From contig OX597817.1 of NCBI GenBank assembly GCA_951406725.2, positions 56,854,001 through 56,918,000 of the forward strand: a stretch of 64,000 nucleotides of DNA, written 5' to 3'. Position numbers and translations under genes: made by a program. The notes beneath the pieces are model-generated. The model ran no database searches and was not told where the DNA came from. It was given only the letters and a program-made list of their open reading frames with translations. This DNA is from Octopus vulgaris (lineage: Eukaryota). Shown here one piece after another: positions 1-13,246 of this stretch. The first letter of the stretch is position 1, and each line of letters begins with the position of its first letter.

Positions 1-39
<39 letters not shown>

Positions 40-324
40 TGTCTGTCTGTCTGTGTACTTTTTCTATGGTTTTGGTTTAAAGTTGATAATGACTTCGAAG
101 TTTCATTGCTGCTGGTTCATTAAACTGCAATGTAGAATTATAACAACAAGATTTTTAAAGTGAATAAATGTAAAATAATTGAAGAAGAATTCTATGATTG
201 CATGCTTGTAATCATGTGACGGGGGCTGAGAGGTGACATAGTTTCGGCACTATGAGACTTAAAGTTTCGTAAGCTTCTTACAGAGAAACCTAGCTCGGGG
301 TTAGGTGTACAAACACATGGACGC

Positions 325-399
<75 letters not shown>

Positions 400-412
400 C
401 ACATATATATAA

Positions 413-566
413 GTGGCTGTGTGGTGAGAAGCTTGCTTCCCAAGCACATGGTTCCGGGCTCAGTCCCATTGCATGGCACCTTAGGCAAGTGTCTTCTACT
501 ATAGCCCCAGGCCGACCAAAGCCTTGTGAGTGGATTTGGTAGACGGAAACTGAAAGCAGCCCGTCG

Positions 567-626
<60 letters not shown>

Positions 627-1385
627 TATATAAACTGTAGTTGTGTGAGTGTCTGTCCCCTTCGATTTAGATTCCTAACTACTCCCACATTTTGCGGTGC
701 AGTTTAACCAAATTCGGGTATCTTATAGTCGTGATTCATATCGAGCCCGTCTGGCTATTAGCGCGCGTCTACGATGAGTCTACGATTTTTAAAATAATTT
801 AACATCATTTTTTATTCCATTTTAATGCATATTTTTTCGTGTGTCGATGGCGGCGGAGTTGGCGTCCACGCTCACAGCTGCACCTGTGTTGCTTCTCCCC
901 CTTCTTCCCTCCCTCGTGAAGCTGTGGGGGAAGGGAGTGTAAGGAAATCAACGTCGTAAAGCATTGTCAAGGAGACCAGCGTTCTTTTAGAACAACAACT
1001 TCATGGCTTGAAGACACCAAAACAGAAATGGCTAAGATTGCCCGAATTGGCATCTATAAGGGAAGTAACTCTCTAAAAATGCTTATATAGTTATTTCCCT
1101 TACAAACCCGAGCAACGCCGGGCGATACTGCTAGTATATATATATATATATGTATGTATGTATTTATATGTTTGTGTGCCTGTGTTTGTACCTCGCCATC
1201 GCTTGAGAACTGATGTTGGTGTGTTTACGTCCCCGTAACTTAGCGGTTCGGTAAAAGAAACCGATAGAATAAGTACTAGTATTACAAAGAATAAGTCCTC
1301 GGGTCGATTTGTTCGACTAAAGGCGTGCTCCGGCATGGCGGCAGTCGAATAACGGAAACCAATAAAACAAAGAATAAAAGAATAT
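413..1385 (+). mobile_element. SINE family C (tRNA-like head, internal microsatellite), interrupted by a Helitron
   Basis: Head GGCTGTGTGGTGAGAAGCTTGC...GGTTCCGGGCTCAGTCCC, body ...GGCAAGTGTCTTCTACTATAGCC, tail ...AATAAAAGAAT. The same sequence recurs many times in the window. Confidence 0.8.
622..1134 (+). mobile_element. Non-autonomous Helitron, family A
   Basis: 3' hairpin CCCGAGCAACGCCGGG followed by CTAG|T at 1131-1135. Near-identical inverted copy at 59861-60373. The 5' end merges with (TA)n. Confidence 0.85.
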
Positions 1386-1536
1386 AAGTATGTATGTGTA
1401 TGTATACGCGGGCGCCTGTGTATGTGTGTACGTGAGTGTGTGTGTGTGTATGTATGTGTGAGTCCGTCCTCTTCTCTCTATCAAAATTCTCTCACAAAGC
1501 TCAAGGTATGTTGCGTAATGTCACTGTTATTTAATA

Positions 1537-2094
1537 AGAGAGAGAGAGAGAGAAATGGAAGAAAAAATGAAGGAGAAGAGGAGGAGGAGGAGGAGGAGGA
1601 AGGAAGGAAGAGGAAGGAAGGAAGGAAGGAAGGAAGGAAGGAAGGAAGGAAGAGGAAGAAGAAGATAAAGAAGAAGAAGAAGAAGAAGAAGAAGAAGAAG
1701 AAGATAAAGAAGAAGATAAAGAAGAAGAAGAAGATAAAGAAGAAGAAGAAGATAAAGAAGAAGATAAAGAAGAAGATAAAGAAGGAGGAGGAGAAGGAGA
1801 AGAAGTAGAAGTAGATAAAGAAGAAGATAAAGAAGAAGATAAAGAAGAAGAAGGTAAAGAAGAAGAAGGGGGAGGAGGAGGAGGAGGAGGAGGAGGAGAA
1901 GATAAAGAAGAAGAAGATAAAGAAGATAAAGAAGAAGATAAAGAAGAAGATAAAGAAGAAGGGGGGAAGATGGGGAGAAGAAGAAGAAGAAGATAAAGAA
2001 GAAGGGGAGGAGGAGGAGGAGAAGAAGGAGGAAGAGGAGGAGGAAGAAGAAGAAGAAGAAGAAGAAGAAGAAGAAGAAGAAGAAGAAGAAGAAG

Positions 2095-2126
<32 letters not shown>

Positions 2127-2186
2127 GAAGAAGAAGAAGAAGAAGAAGAAGAAGAAGAAGAAGAAGAAGAAGAAGAAAAAGAAAAA
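1537..2186. repeat. Compound (GA)/(GGAA)/(GAA)/(GAG) polypurine tract
   Basis: About 650 bp of almost pure purine on the + strand. Confidence 0.95.
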
Positions 2187-2555
2187 TGATATTAGCATGA
2201 AAAAAAGCTAAGCAATTTTAGCGGTGAATAAAGAAGAGGAAAAAAGAAAGAACGCAGCACGATAAAAGGAAGGAAGAAGCTACGTAAAAAAGTTGTCGGA
2301 GTGAGGGGGTAACAAAGAAAGAAAGGCGGTAGGAGGGGAGTATAGAGTGACAGATAGAGAGAGAGAAAGAGAGAAAGAAACAGAGAGATGAAAGTAGAGA
2401 GAGGGTGAGAGAGAAAGAGATGGACGCGCACCCTCACAAAAATAAAAGCTCGTACGTTCGTAGGTTCAACATTTCCGCTACGTATCTGCTGTCGCTGTTG
2501 TGTCTATTATAGAAGATCGTCAAATAAAACATACATTATTGTTTGTATATTGTCA

Positions 2556-3422
<867 letters not shown>

Positions 3423-3919
3423 TACTCGAATTTTCCGAATGCTTCCAGCTACGCAATAAAATATTTGATCCACCACTTATAAATAATAGAAAGCGGCTTA
3501 TGTTATGTTTAACCCTGGGTCCAGCCTTTATTGAGTAGATTTATGATCAAGAGCGTTCAAGCTATGACCATCCTATCCTTTTTATGACAGTCGGGTATGA
3601 TTTAAGAAAGTTGTAGCTGTTACTTCTAGCAAAACGAGTGACCACTTAAAAGTTTGAGTGATAGCTGTGTATGTGTGTGTTTAAGGGTGGAGATACACAC
3701 ATACACACACGTTTGCTTGTTTATGCGTATGTATACATGCATAGATGTGCATAGACGTATACATACATACACACGCACACGCGAGCATACACACACATAC
3801 GTATAAACACACACACATACACACACGCAACGATTTGCCAAAAAAGGCTAAGCAATGGCTGAAACAGTTAAGATAGAAGATCTTTGGGTGGACAGAACGA
3901 ACTTCACACAACCGGTACT

Positions 3920-4565
3920 CCGTCGGTTACGACGATTAGGATTCCAGTTATCCAATCAACGGAGCAACCTGCTCGTAAAATTTAACCAAGTGGCCAAGTA
4001 CTCCACAAGCACACATACTCTCAACGTAATTCTTTGGGAGATTAACTGTGAAACAGTGTGTGACAACGTTAGCCCTTTTCAATTACAGGTACAACTCAAG
4101 TTTTGCCAGCCGAGTAGACTGGACCAAGGGGAAATAATGTGCATTGCCCGAGGACACAAAGCGCCGCCAGGAATCGAACTCAGGTCCTTACGATCGTTCG
4201 CCAGATATATACATAACCACTAAGCCACGCGCCTTCACACATACATAAATAAGAGCAAAGACTGCATTCGGTCATGAATGACCATGGGATTGAACCTAGA
4301 AAGTTCTCCTCCAAGGTACACGTCTCCCCTATCCAAGTCTCCCTTTTCCATGCCACCGATGTTATCCAAGGGAAAGGCAAAGGGGCCGATAGAGCGTGGC
4401 ACCAGTGATGTCGCAACTCATTTCTACTGCTGAGTAAACTGGAGCAACGTGAAATAAAGTGTCTTGCTCAAGAACACAACACGCAGCCCGGTCTGGAATT
4501 CGAACTCACAACCTCATGATTGTGAATCGAACGCTCTAACGACTGAGCCATGCGTCTTCACCTCA
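3920..4565 (-). mobile_element. Two adjacent copies of tRNA-derived SINE family A with different tails
   Basis: Both share GAAATAA..TG..TTGC.C.AG.ACACA and the A/B-box head (reverse complement of ..GAACTC..,..CTGAGCCA.GCG.CTTCAC) with the copy at 24022-24322. Confidence 0.75.
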
Positions 4566-5009
4566 CTTTTCACACACACATACAGCCGTTCAAGAATTTG
4601 GACCTGGTGATCTCCATTTCCAGCGATTTCGAGGGCCACCTCCCAGTGGTGTCGGGCGTCAACGGAGAGCCCTCGACTACAACAAGACGACCAAAGTTTT
4701 TTTTTCTTTTCCAAGGTCAGGGGTCTCCCGCCCCTAAGCCCTAGACCATCACCTAATTACCCTTACCCGTCTTGTTGCTTAACAACAACAACACACATAC
4801 ATACATATACACATACATTATTTGATTCTCTGTTTGAAGAATTTCTAATAGGACATCCCTAACATGTTTTTCTATTACACGTTTACTTTTGCAACTACTA
4901 CTAACAAATGAAACACGTGTAATGGTGAATAAAAAATAATAAAAAATTGTCCAGATTTGATATCTGATTACTCAGCAGGAAACATTTTCCAGTATTCTTA
5001 ACTCTTATT

Positions 5010-5228
5010 AGGTAACAAGCTGGCAGAATCGTTAGCACACCGGTTTAAATGCTCAGCGGTATTTCATCCGTCTGCACGTTCTGAGTTCAAATTTCGCCGA
5101 GGTCGTCTTTGCCATTCATCCATTCTAGGTAGGTAAAATAAGTACCAGTTACACATTGGGGTCGATGTAATTGTCTTAATCCCTTCTCCTAACTTGCTGG
5201 CGTTGTGACAAATTTTGAAATCAATATT
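5010..5228 (+). mobile_element. SINE family B
   Basis: AGCTGGCAGAATCGTTAGCA...GAGTTCAAAT (A/B-box-like), then the GCC.TTCATCC...AGTACCAGT core. Confidence 0.8.
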
Positions 5229-5886
5229 CTTTTACTCTTTTACTTGTTTCAGCCATTTTGACTGCGGACATGCTGGAGCACCGCCTTTAGTCGAACAAAT
5301 CGACCCCAGGGCTTATTCTTTGTGAGCCTTAATACTTATTCTATCAAAGACCAGCTCCATCAAGATTAACAGCTTAGAGAATATCAAACAAATATGAGTA
5401 GACTTGGTCCATCTGCGATGCACAGAAAAGTGGTCAACCGGTCAGGGTTACCAGAGAGGACAATGAATATGCTTGTGGCACAAGCATTTACTCAGAGTTC
5501 CCAGAAATCCCAAAAAAAAGGGCGTTTCCAATAAACTAGGCTGGATTAACATTATGCAAAATAAGCACGTGCTCAGGACATTAGGGAAAAGGGCACCATA
5601 GAAAGGGTAAATGGTTTACGGCACAAAAGAAATCACTTTAAATTTGCTGAAATAATATTTGGGATGTCTTTATCTCTACTAAATATAGATGCAGATCTGT
5701 TAACCTAAGATTAATTTTGAGGATCTGACCAAAGACTTTGCAACCGAAAAAAGTTTTAGAGACTTCTCAAATACAAAGTGGATGTATAAAAAATAACGAT
5801 TATTTTCCATGTAACTGTTCGTTTTTGTTTCATTTTGAAAAATAAATATGTATTTTATGGCTTAAAAAAAAGAAAAGAAATCATTG

Positions 5887-6070
5887 TTACCTACGCCTTA
5901 ACGAAGGCGGAGATATTGTTTTCAGTCGCATTTGTTAGTTTGTCCGTGGACAAGATAACTCAAGAACCGCTGGATAGATTCGGATGAAACTTTCAGGGGT
6001 GTTTGGCCTCGTGACTGGCACAGTCTCATTAAATTTTGGGATCGATCCGGTACCGGACAAGAATTCTTTT
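5887..6070 (+). mobile_element. Helentron-associated (DINE-1/HINE-like) fragment
   Basis: Starts TTACCTACGCC...GGCGGAG (short hairpin), then GTTTGTCCGT...GATAACTCAA...GGATGAAACTT, an arrangement typical of HINE 5' ends. Confidence 0.5.
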
Positions 6071-6283
6071 TACTTTAAACGTATATATAAATTTTCACAT
6101 TATTCTCTTGTACGCGCACACGGATACACACATATACTCACACATTTTCAACGTTGAACATTACCATCCCATTTCCATTGTACACGCGCAGGCAAATATA
6201 CCTCTCTTACACACGCATTTACTCACGCTCAAACTCCCGCCTTCGTTATTCATCTTTCACCCCTTCCTTTCTGTATAATAGAA

Positions 6284-6662
6284 CTAGCAGTATCGCCCGG
6301 CGTTGCTCGGGTTTGTTTCGACCCTTTAGAATTGGAATTTTAGAAAAGTAAAAATTTTGCATTATGTAGCTTGTTATTCTCTTTAAGTGAACATCTTTCC
6401 TGGTTGAAATGCACCGAAAAATGGCGACACAGCAGTCAAAAAATCGTAAAAAATAGGGATTTTCATAGAAAAAAAAAGCACCTTTTTGATGTAAATAATT
6501 GTTGGTGTTAACATGGTCCGATTTGAATTTTTTCTTCTACGAAATGAAGAGCAAGCCGTCTTCTATCATATTCTCAATTTTGGTCAACTCGGAGGAGATT
6601 AATGTTAGTTTAAGGCTACCAAACCTGCCATACACAGACAACTTCAGCTTTATATATAGAGA
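6284..6662 (-). mobile_element. Non-autonomous Helitron, family B
   Basis: On the minus strand: A|TCTCTATATATAAAGCTG ... CCCGAGCAACGCCGGG CGATACTG CTAG|T. Homologous to 18886-19276. Confidence 0.85.
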
Positions 6663-6886
6663 TTACGAAGAAGGATGAAATGTTTTTTTCTTTAAACAAG
6701 GAGGAAATTTTAAATAAAAATTTGGAAAAGAGAGAAAAAGAGAAAAATATATAAAAAGTCTGTGAAGAGGAGAAAACCAAAATAAATGGAAAAACTTACA
6801 CAACACAGGTAAAGAATCTGGAGAGTTTGGTAGCGTTCCCGTGTAAGTGTGAGTGTTTGCGTGTGTGTGTGTGATGTATGTATGTG

Positions 6887-6932
<46 letters not shown>

Positions 6933-7349
6933 AAACACAGTAACAGACACTCTTTAATACCAACATTCTCTATGAGGAACAAAAGACAAGTGGCAGCGCT
7001 AAAATTGTTACTACTACTACCATCAAGCAGCCATAAGAAGGAAACCAACCACAGGCACCATGGGAATTTTGTAAGAAAAACATATGTAAACTTCTAGAAT
7101 TGATATTAAGATAAAATTATTTTCCTTTCTCTTACAGCATGATTAAATCACCTTTAAAACACTTGAAAACGGTAGCATATTTTGTTGAATATGTTAATAT
7201 GTTTCTTTTGTACATGAGAAAGCTCTCGAAGCATCTACTTGTCTTTGCATTTTAATACGCACATGTACACATACACACACATATTCATTTATAAGAAGAA
7301 TAAAATGGAGATTGTGGAGTTAATTGTTTATTATTAACAGCAAGTTGAT

Positions 7350-7440
7350 CCTTCTTACCTACAGCCGTTTCGATTAATACTCAATAAACATTAAATTTAC
7401 ATTTACGCGACATGAGTATAATTTCATCAAAGCGGAAAAG
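7350..7440 (-). ncRNA. Degenerate type I hammerhead ribozyme in a probable Penelope pLTR remnant
   Basis: Minus strand UUGAUGA-[AUACUCA...UGAGUAU stem II]-GAAA-CGGCUG-UA. The first core C is U and stem I is imperfect. Confidence 0.45.
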
Positions 7441-7744
7441 ATGTACCGTTGGATGCTGTATGTGTGTTTGTGAATTGATTGTAGCAGACTATATGTAGCA
7501 TCCAGGATCCAACATCTCTTCATTGGAACAGGATAACCGTTGGCTTAGAGTTGGCAGCACTTGGTCTTGTACGAGGTATATAGTTTTAAAGTGGCACACA
7601 GTCACTGCTCTCGTAAAGAGGAAAACATTTAGTTTTATGCGTCGGTAGCCAGCTGGAAAAGATGTTTTCCTGGGGCTAAAAAAGGTAGTAACATCGTCCT
7701 AATCGGGACTGCCAACTTACATTTGCAAATAGATTTTACTCTAC

Positions 7745-8086
7745 CAACGACATGGTTCCGGGTTCAGTCCTACTGCATGGCACCTTGGGCAAGTGTCTTC
7801 TACTACAGCCTTGGGCCGATCAAAGCCTTGTGAGTGGATTTAGTAGACGGAAACTGAAAGAACCCCGTCGTATACATATGTGTGTGTGTGTGTGTCCCAG
7901 CATCGCTTGACAACCGATGCTGGTGTGTTTACGTCCCCGTAACTTAGCGATTCGGCAAAATGAGGCAGATAGAATAAGTACTAGGCTTACAAAGAACAAG
8001 TCCTGGGGTCGATTTGCACGACTAGAGGCGGTGCTCCAGCATGGCCACAGTCAAAATGACTGAAACAAGTAAAAGAATAAAAGAAT
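7745..8086 (+). mobile_element. SINE family C
   Basis: Colinear with 413-1385. Confidence 0.8.
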
Positions 8087-8087
8087 A

Positions 8088-8118
<31 letters not shown>

Positions 8119-8698
8119 CGCACAGCTTCAACGAGATGAAATAAAATGCAACATAACGAAAATAATGAAATCATGTACATGGTGTGCGTGTGGGGGAGGC
8201 TGTGTGTGTGTGCGCGCGTGCATGTATCTGTGTGTGACTGTGTATGTGTGTGCAATAAAGTGCAATGAAAACAGCCACAGCATCGCTACCATTACCTCCA
8301 CGAGGAGACTCAAAGCTACCACATACAACTACTGCACAACTACTACCACCACGGCCAATAGTTACAACACACCACAACTATTCCAACTGCTTTCACCTTT
8401 AACAGCGTCACCACCACTACCATCGCTAACACCACAACTATGCCACCACTACCGCCAGCCCTGCCACCGCTACCTCTGCAAGAAATAGCAGTCGAATTTA
8501 CCTTCGATTGTACTTCTCGTTGTTTTGAGTAAGAACGGAAACGTCAGACGTTGTCATGGCTGTGTGGGTAAGAAGCTCGCTTTGCATGCGTATGGTTCCA
8601 GGTTCGATAACAATGCGCGGCACCTCGGGTCGATTAATGCTTTGTGCGTGAATTTAGTATATGGGAACTTTGTGGAAACCCATCTTACGTATGTGTTC

Positions 8699-8746
<48 letters not shown>

Positions 8747-8749
8747 AGA

Positions 8750-8906
8750 GAGGCTGTATGGTAAGAACCTTGCTTCCCAACCACATGGTTCCAGGTTCAG
8801 TCCCACTGCATGACACCTTGTGCAAGTGTCTTCTACTATAGCCTCGGGCCGACCAAAGCCTCGTAAGTAGATTTGGTAGACGGAAACTAAAAGAAGCCCG
8901 TTGTAC

Positions 8907-8968
<62 letters not shown>

Positions 8969-9183
8969 ATATGTGTGTATGTTTGTCCCCTAATCATCGC
9001 TTGACAACCGATGTTGGTGTGTTTACGTCCCCGTAACTTAGCGGTTCTGCTAAAGAGATGAGGCTTACAGAGAATAAGTCCTGGGGTCGATCTATTCAAC
9101 TGAAAAAAAAACTTCAAGCGGTGATCCAGCATGGCCGCAGTGGAATGACTGAAACAAGTGAAAGAATGAAATAATAAAAGAAT
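8750..9183 (+). mobile_element. SINE family C (a degenerate 5' half also lies at ~8556-8700)
   Basis: Colinear with 413-1385, with internal (TA)/(GT)n. Confidence 0.8.
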
Positions 9184-9833
9184 GTATGTGTGTGTGTGTG
9201 TGTGTATGTTTGTGCGTGTGTGCGTTTGTGTGTGTGTGTGTGTGTTTGTGCGTGTGTGTGTGCACTCACTATAATTGGAAATCAAACAGGGTGGTCACGA
9301 CTGGAGTGCTTGACCCTATGTTTACCACCATCACTACTACAACCGCTACTATAACGAACAGTTTAGTTACATCAACACCACGACTGCAATTACAACCACC
9401 ATCACCACCACCAATACTACGACTACTAATAAATACTACTATTACTATCAACAACGCCATCACCTCCACCGCCACTTCCTCTACAGCAGCCTCGAAGACC
9501 ACTACTACCAGCGCCGCCACAACTACTGCCATAAATTGCACCTCAACACCGCTACCATAATGTGATCACCTCACGCCACCGCCACCACCACGACCAGCAT
9601 CTACCATCATTACTACTACTACTGTTACTACTACTGCTACTATTACTATTATTGCTATCACTAGGACACCGCCTCCACCAACAGAACCACCACCACCGTC
9701 ACCCCCTGGCGTACAGTCTGAAGATACTATAGACACAACAGCGACACCAGTGACGTTACGGAAATGCACTGCCGCCATGACTGGGTGATAATAGAAAAAA
9801 AACATGACCCGCCTCTTTTTTCACACCTTCATG

Positions 9834-9869
<36 letters not shown>

Positions 9870-10920
9870 TTCTCTCACTCTCTTTCTCTCGCCCTTCCTT
9901 TCTATCTCTCTGTCTCTCTGTTAGATTTTGTTCTTCTTGACTGTCCCCTCTCTCTCTCTCTCTGTTTATGTTTCCCTCTCGCTCTCTCCTTCTCTCTCTG
10001 TCTCTCTCCATCACTTGCTTTTCTTTTTGTTTTACTTTTTCATAACTGTCTTCCCTCTCCTCCTCCACCTTTTCACTCCACCATTCCCTGCCCACCCCCT
10101 CTATTATCTCTCTCTCTCTCTCTCGGTTGTTTTATCTCTCTCTCTCTCTCTCTCTCTCTCCCACACACACACACGCGGAATCACAAACACGCACCCATAC
10201 ACATACAAGCGCAGTCACACACATACACACACACACTCCTACACACACTCACACACTCACACACACACACAAACACACCGAAAGGCCACATAAAGTGGGA
10301 GAGAGAAAATATATTAAAGACGATGGAAGCAGCAGCAGCAGCAGCAGCAGCAGAAGAAGAAGAAGAAGAAGAAGAAGAAGAAGAAGAAGAAGAAGAAGAA
10401 GAAGAAGAAGAAGAAGAAGAAGAAAAAGGAGGAAATAAATATGAATACACATACACACCCTGAACACAAACACACACATACATAGATGCAAGCAAATACA
10501 CACACACATATGCAGGTCTACACTCACATATATTCTCTCATACACACACACACACACAATTTCATTTTCGTTGAGATTGTCGTTATTGTTGTTGTTGTTA
10601 TTGTGAATGTAAACTGCAGTTGTTGTTGTTGTTATAGTTGCAGTTGTTGCTGCCACTCTTGTTGATTGCACACACACACACGCACGCACGCACATGCGCA
10701 TGGTGAGGTACCACGTGATGGTGTGTTGTGCAAACAAACTAAACTATATTTAATATGCCATACTACTTACACTACTACGACTACTGCTGCTGTTGTTGCT
10801 GTTGTTGTTGCTGCTGCTGCTGCAACTGCATTTAATGAGGCTATAGAGGGAAGGGGCGTGTAAGCTTACATAAATGCACACATTTTAGAGAGAGAGAGAG
10901 ATCAGAGGGGAAGAGGGAGA

Positions 10921-10922
10921 AG

Positions 10923-11002
<80 letters not shown>

Positions 11003-11051
11003 TAGATAGACAGACAGACAGACAGACAGATAGTATAAGAGGGAGATTAAC

Positions 11052-11123
<72 letters not shown>

Positions 11124-11172
11124 TAGATAGACAGACAGACAGACAGACAGATAGTATAAGAGGGAGATTAAC

Positions 11173-11226
<54 letters not shown>
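10921..11226. repeat. (AGAT)n/(AGAC)n array with an internal duplicated TAGTATAAGAGGGAGATTAAC unit
   Basis: Read directly from the sequence. Confidence 0.95.
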
Positions 11227-11227
<1 letters not shown>

Positions 11228-11673
11228 ACAAATTTGGACAGGTAAAAAAGTCAGCCAATGTTTGCGGTTTATTATGGTGAGCAAGAAAGCAGCGAATATC
11301 AGAAAACATTTCACACACATACACACACACACACAAGAAACATAGTGCAAGAAAGTAGGAGAAAGAGACCGAAAGAAAGAGACGAAGAAAGAGAAAGAGA
11401 AACAGAGAAGGAGAGAGAACGGCGGTAACAACGACAGTCACATACCGTGTGTCGTCTGATGACATCAAAATGGCGGCCAGGTTAGCTGCTCTTGAGTATG
11501 ACCAGAGGATCGGATGTCGCTGTGCCAGAAAAAGCTGCAGTAATGCTTTCTCGTGTTTTCATTGGTTAATATAATAAAAATATACGCTGTTCCATCATCA
11601 CTGGAGCTATTTTCATAAAACATCAACTCCTCCACCATTTATAGACATAGTTACTACAACAGTCTACAGTTAC

Positions 11674-11705
<32 letters not shown>

Positions 11706-12052
11706 CTACGGCAAAACAGTAATACTTATGCGCAAGGCATATTATGTATATACATCCATATAAATAGAAAGATGGATAAATGTACGTCTGTGAATATTAC
11801 AGCTGTTTTTTTCTCTTTGTCCTTCTTTATCTCTTATATCTATGTGAATCTCTCATTATTTAAGCTCTCTCTCTCTCTCTCATATTTTCACATACCTCCC
11901 TCTCCCACGCTCTTTCATTCATCTTATTCCAACTAGATTTTCTCTTATCTTCCGTCCTCATTATCTCCCTCCCTCCCTCTCTCTCTCTCTTTATTCTCAA
12001 CTCTTATATTTTCGTTCTCTTTTCCTCTGAATTTCTTTCACTCACACTATCT

Positions 12053-12094
<42 letters not shown>

Positions 12095-12407
12095 CTCTCC
12101 ATACCACTCTTTATCGCCTATCTCCATCTTTTTCTCTCCACACATTCTTTATCGTTTCTTCCCCACACATTCTTTATTCTCTCTTCCCACTCTCTCACTC
12201 TCTCTCCCCTTTCACTCTCCCTTTCACTCTCCCTCTCTCTTCCCACTCTCTCACTCTCTCTCTCCCTTTCACTCTCCCTTTCTCTCTTTCTCTCTCATCT
12301 ACCCTATTTCCTTCTTTCTTTCTCTTACATTCTTTCTCTCTATACCTCTTCCATTTCTGTTCTTAATTCTCATTTCTATATTCTTTTGCGCTCTATATTC
12401 CAGTTCC

Positions 12408-12838
12408 CTTCTTCTTCTTCTTCTTCTTCTTCTTCTTCTTCGCGTCCTCGTCTTCTTCTTCTCCTTCCTCATCCTCGTTTTCTTCTCTTTCCTCATCCTC
12501 TCCTTCTACTTCTTCTTCTTCTCCTCCTCCTTCCTCATCCTCTTCTTCTTCTTCTTCTCCTCCTTCCTCATCCTCTTCTTCTTCTTCTTCTCCTCCTCCT
12601 TCCTCATCCTCTTCTTCTTCTCCTTCCTCATCATCTTCTTCTCCTTCCTCATCATCTTCTTCTTCTTCTTCTTCTTCTTCTTCTTCTTCTTCTTCTTCTT
12701 CCATTCACACCTCACACTTGCAATGTCTTCTTGCATTCCACACGAAATATTTTGTTTTACTGCAAAAGTAATTAACACGCATTATAATCAGGCATGTGAC
12801 AATAGAAGATGCAGTGTGCCGTGATGCGTAAGTGTTAG

Positions 12839-12932
<94 letters not shown>

Positions 12933-12970
12933 TAATAATAATAATAATGATAATGATGATGATGATGATG

Positions 12971-13043
<73 letters not shown>
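12408..13043. repeat. (CTT)/(CCT) block and (AAT)n/(GAT)n block
   Basis: Read directly from the sequence. Confidence 0.95.
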
Positions 13044-13044
<1 letters not shown>

Positions 13045-13077
13045 TTATTCTTTTTATATTTTTAATAATAATAATGG

Positions 13078-13236
13078 TTTCAAATTTTTCCACAAGGGCA
13101 ACAATTTGGGGAGAGGGGGCTAGGTGATTACATTGGCCTCAGTATTTCACTGGTACTTAATTTATCGACTCCTAAAGGAAGAAAGGTAAAGTCGACTTCG
13201 GCAGAATTTGAACTCAGAACGTAAAGACAGACGAAA
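13078..13236 (-). mobile_element. SINE family B, 5'-truncated
   Basis: Reverse complement of the family B core (CTGGTACTTAATTTATCGAC...GAATTTGAACTCAGAACGT). Confidence 0.75.
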
Positions 13237-13246
13237 TAATAATAAT

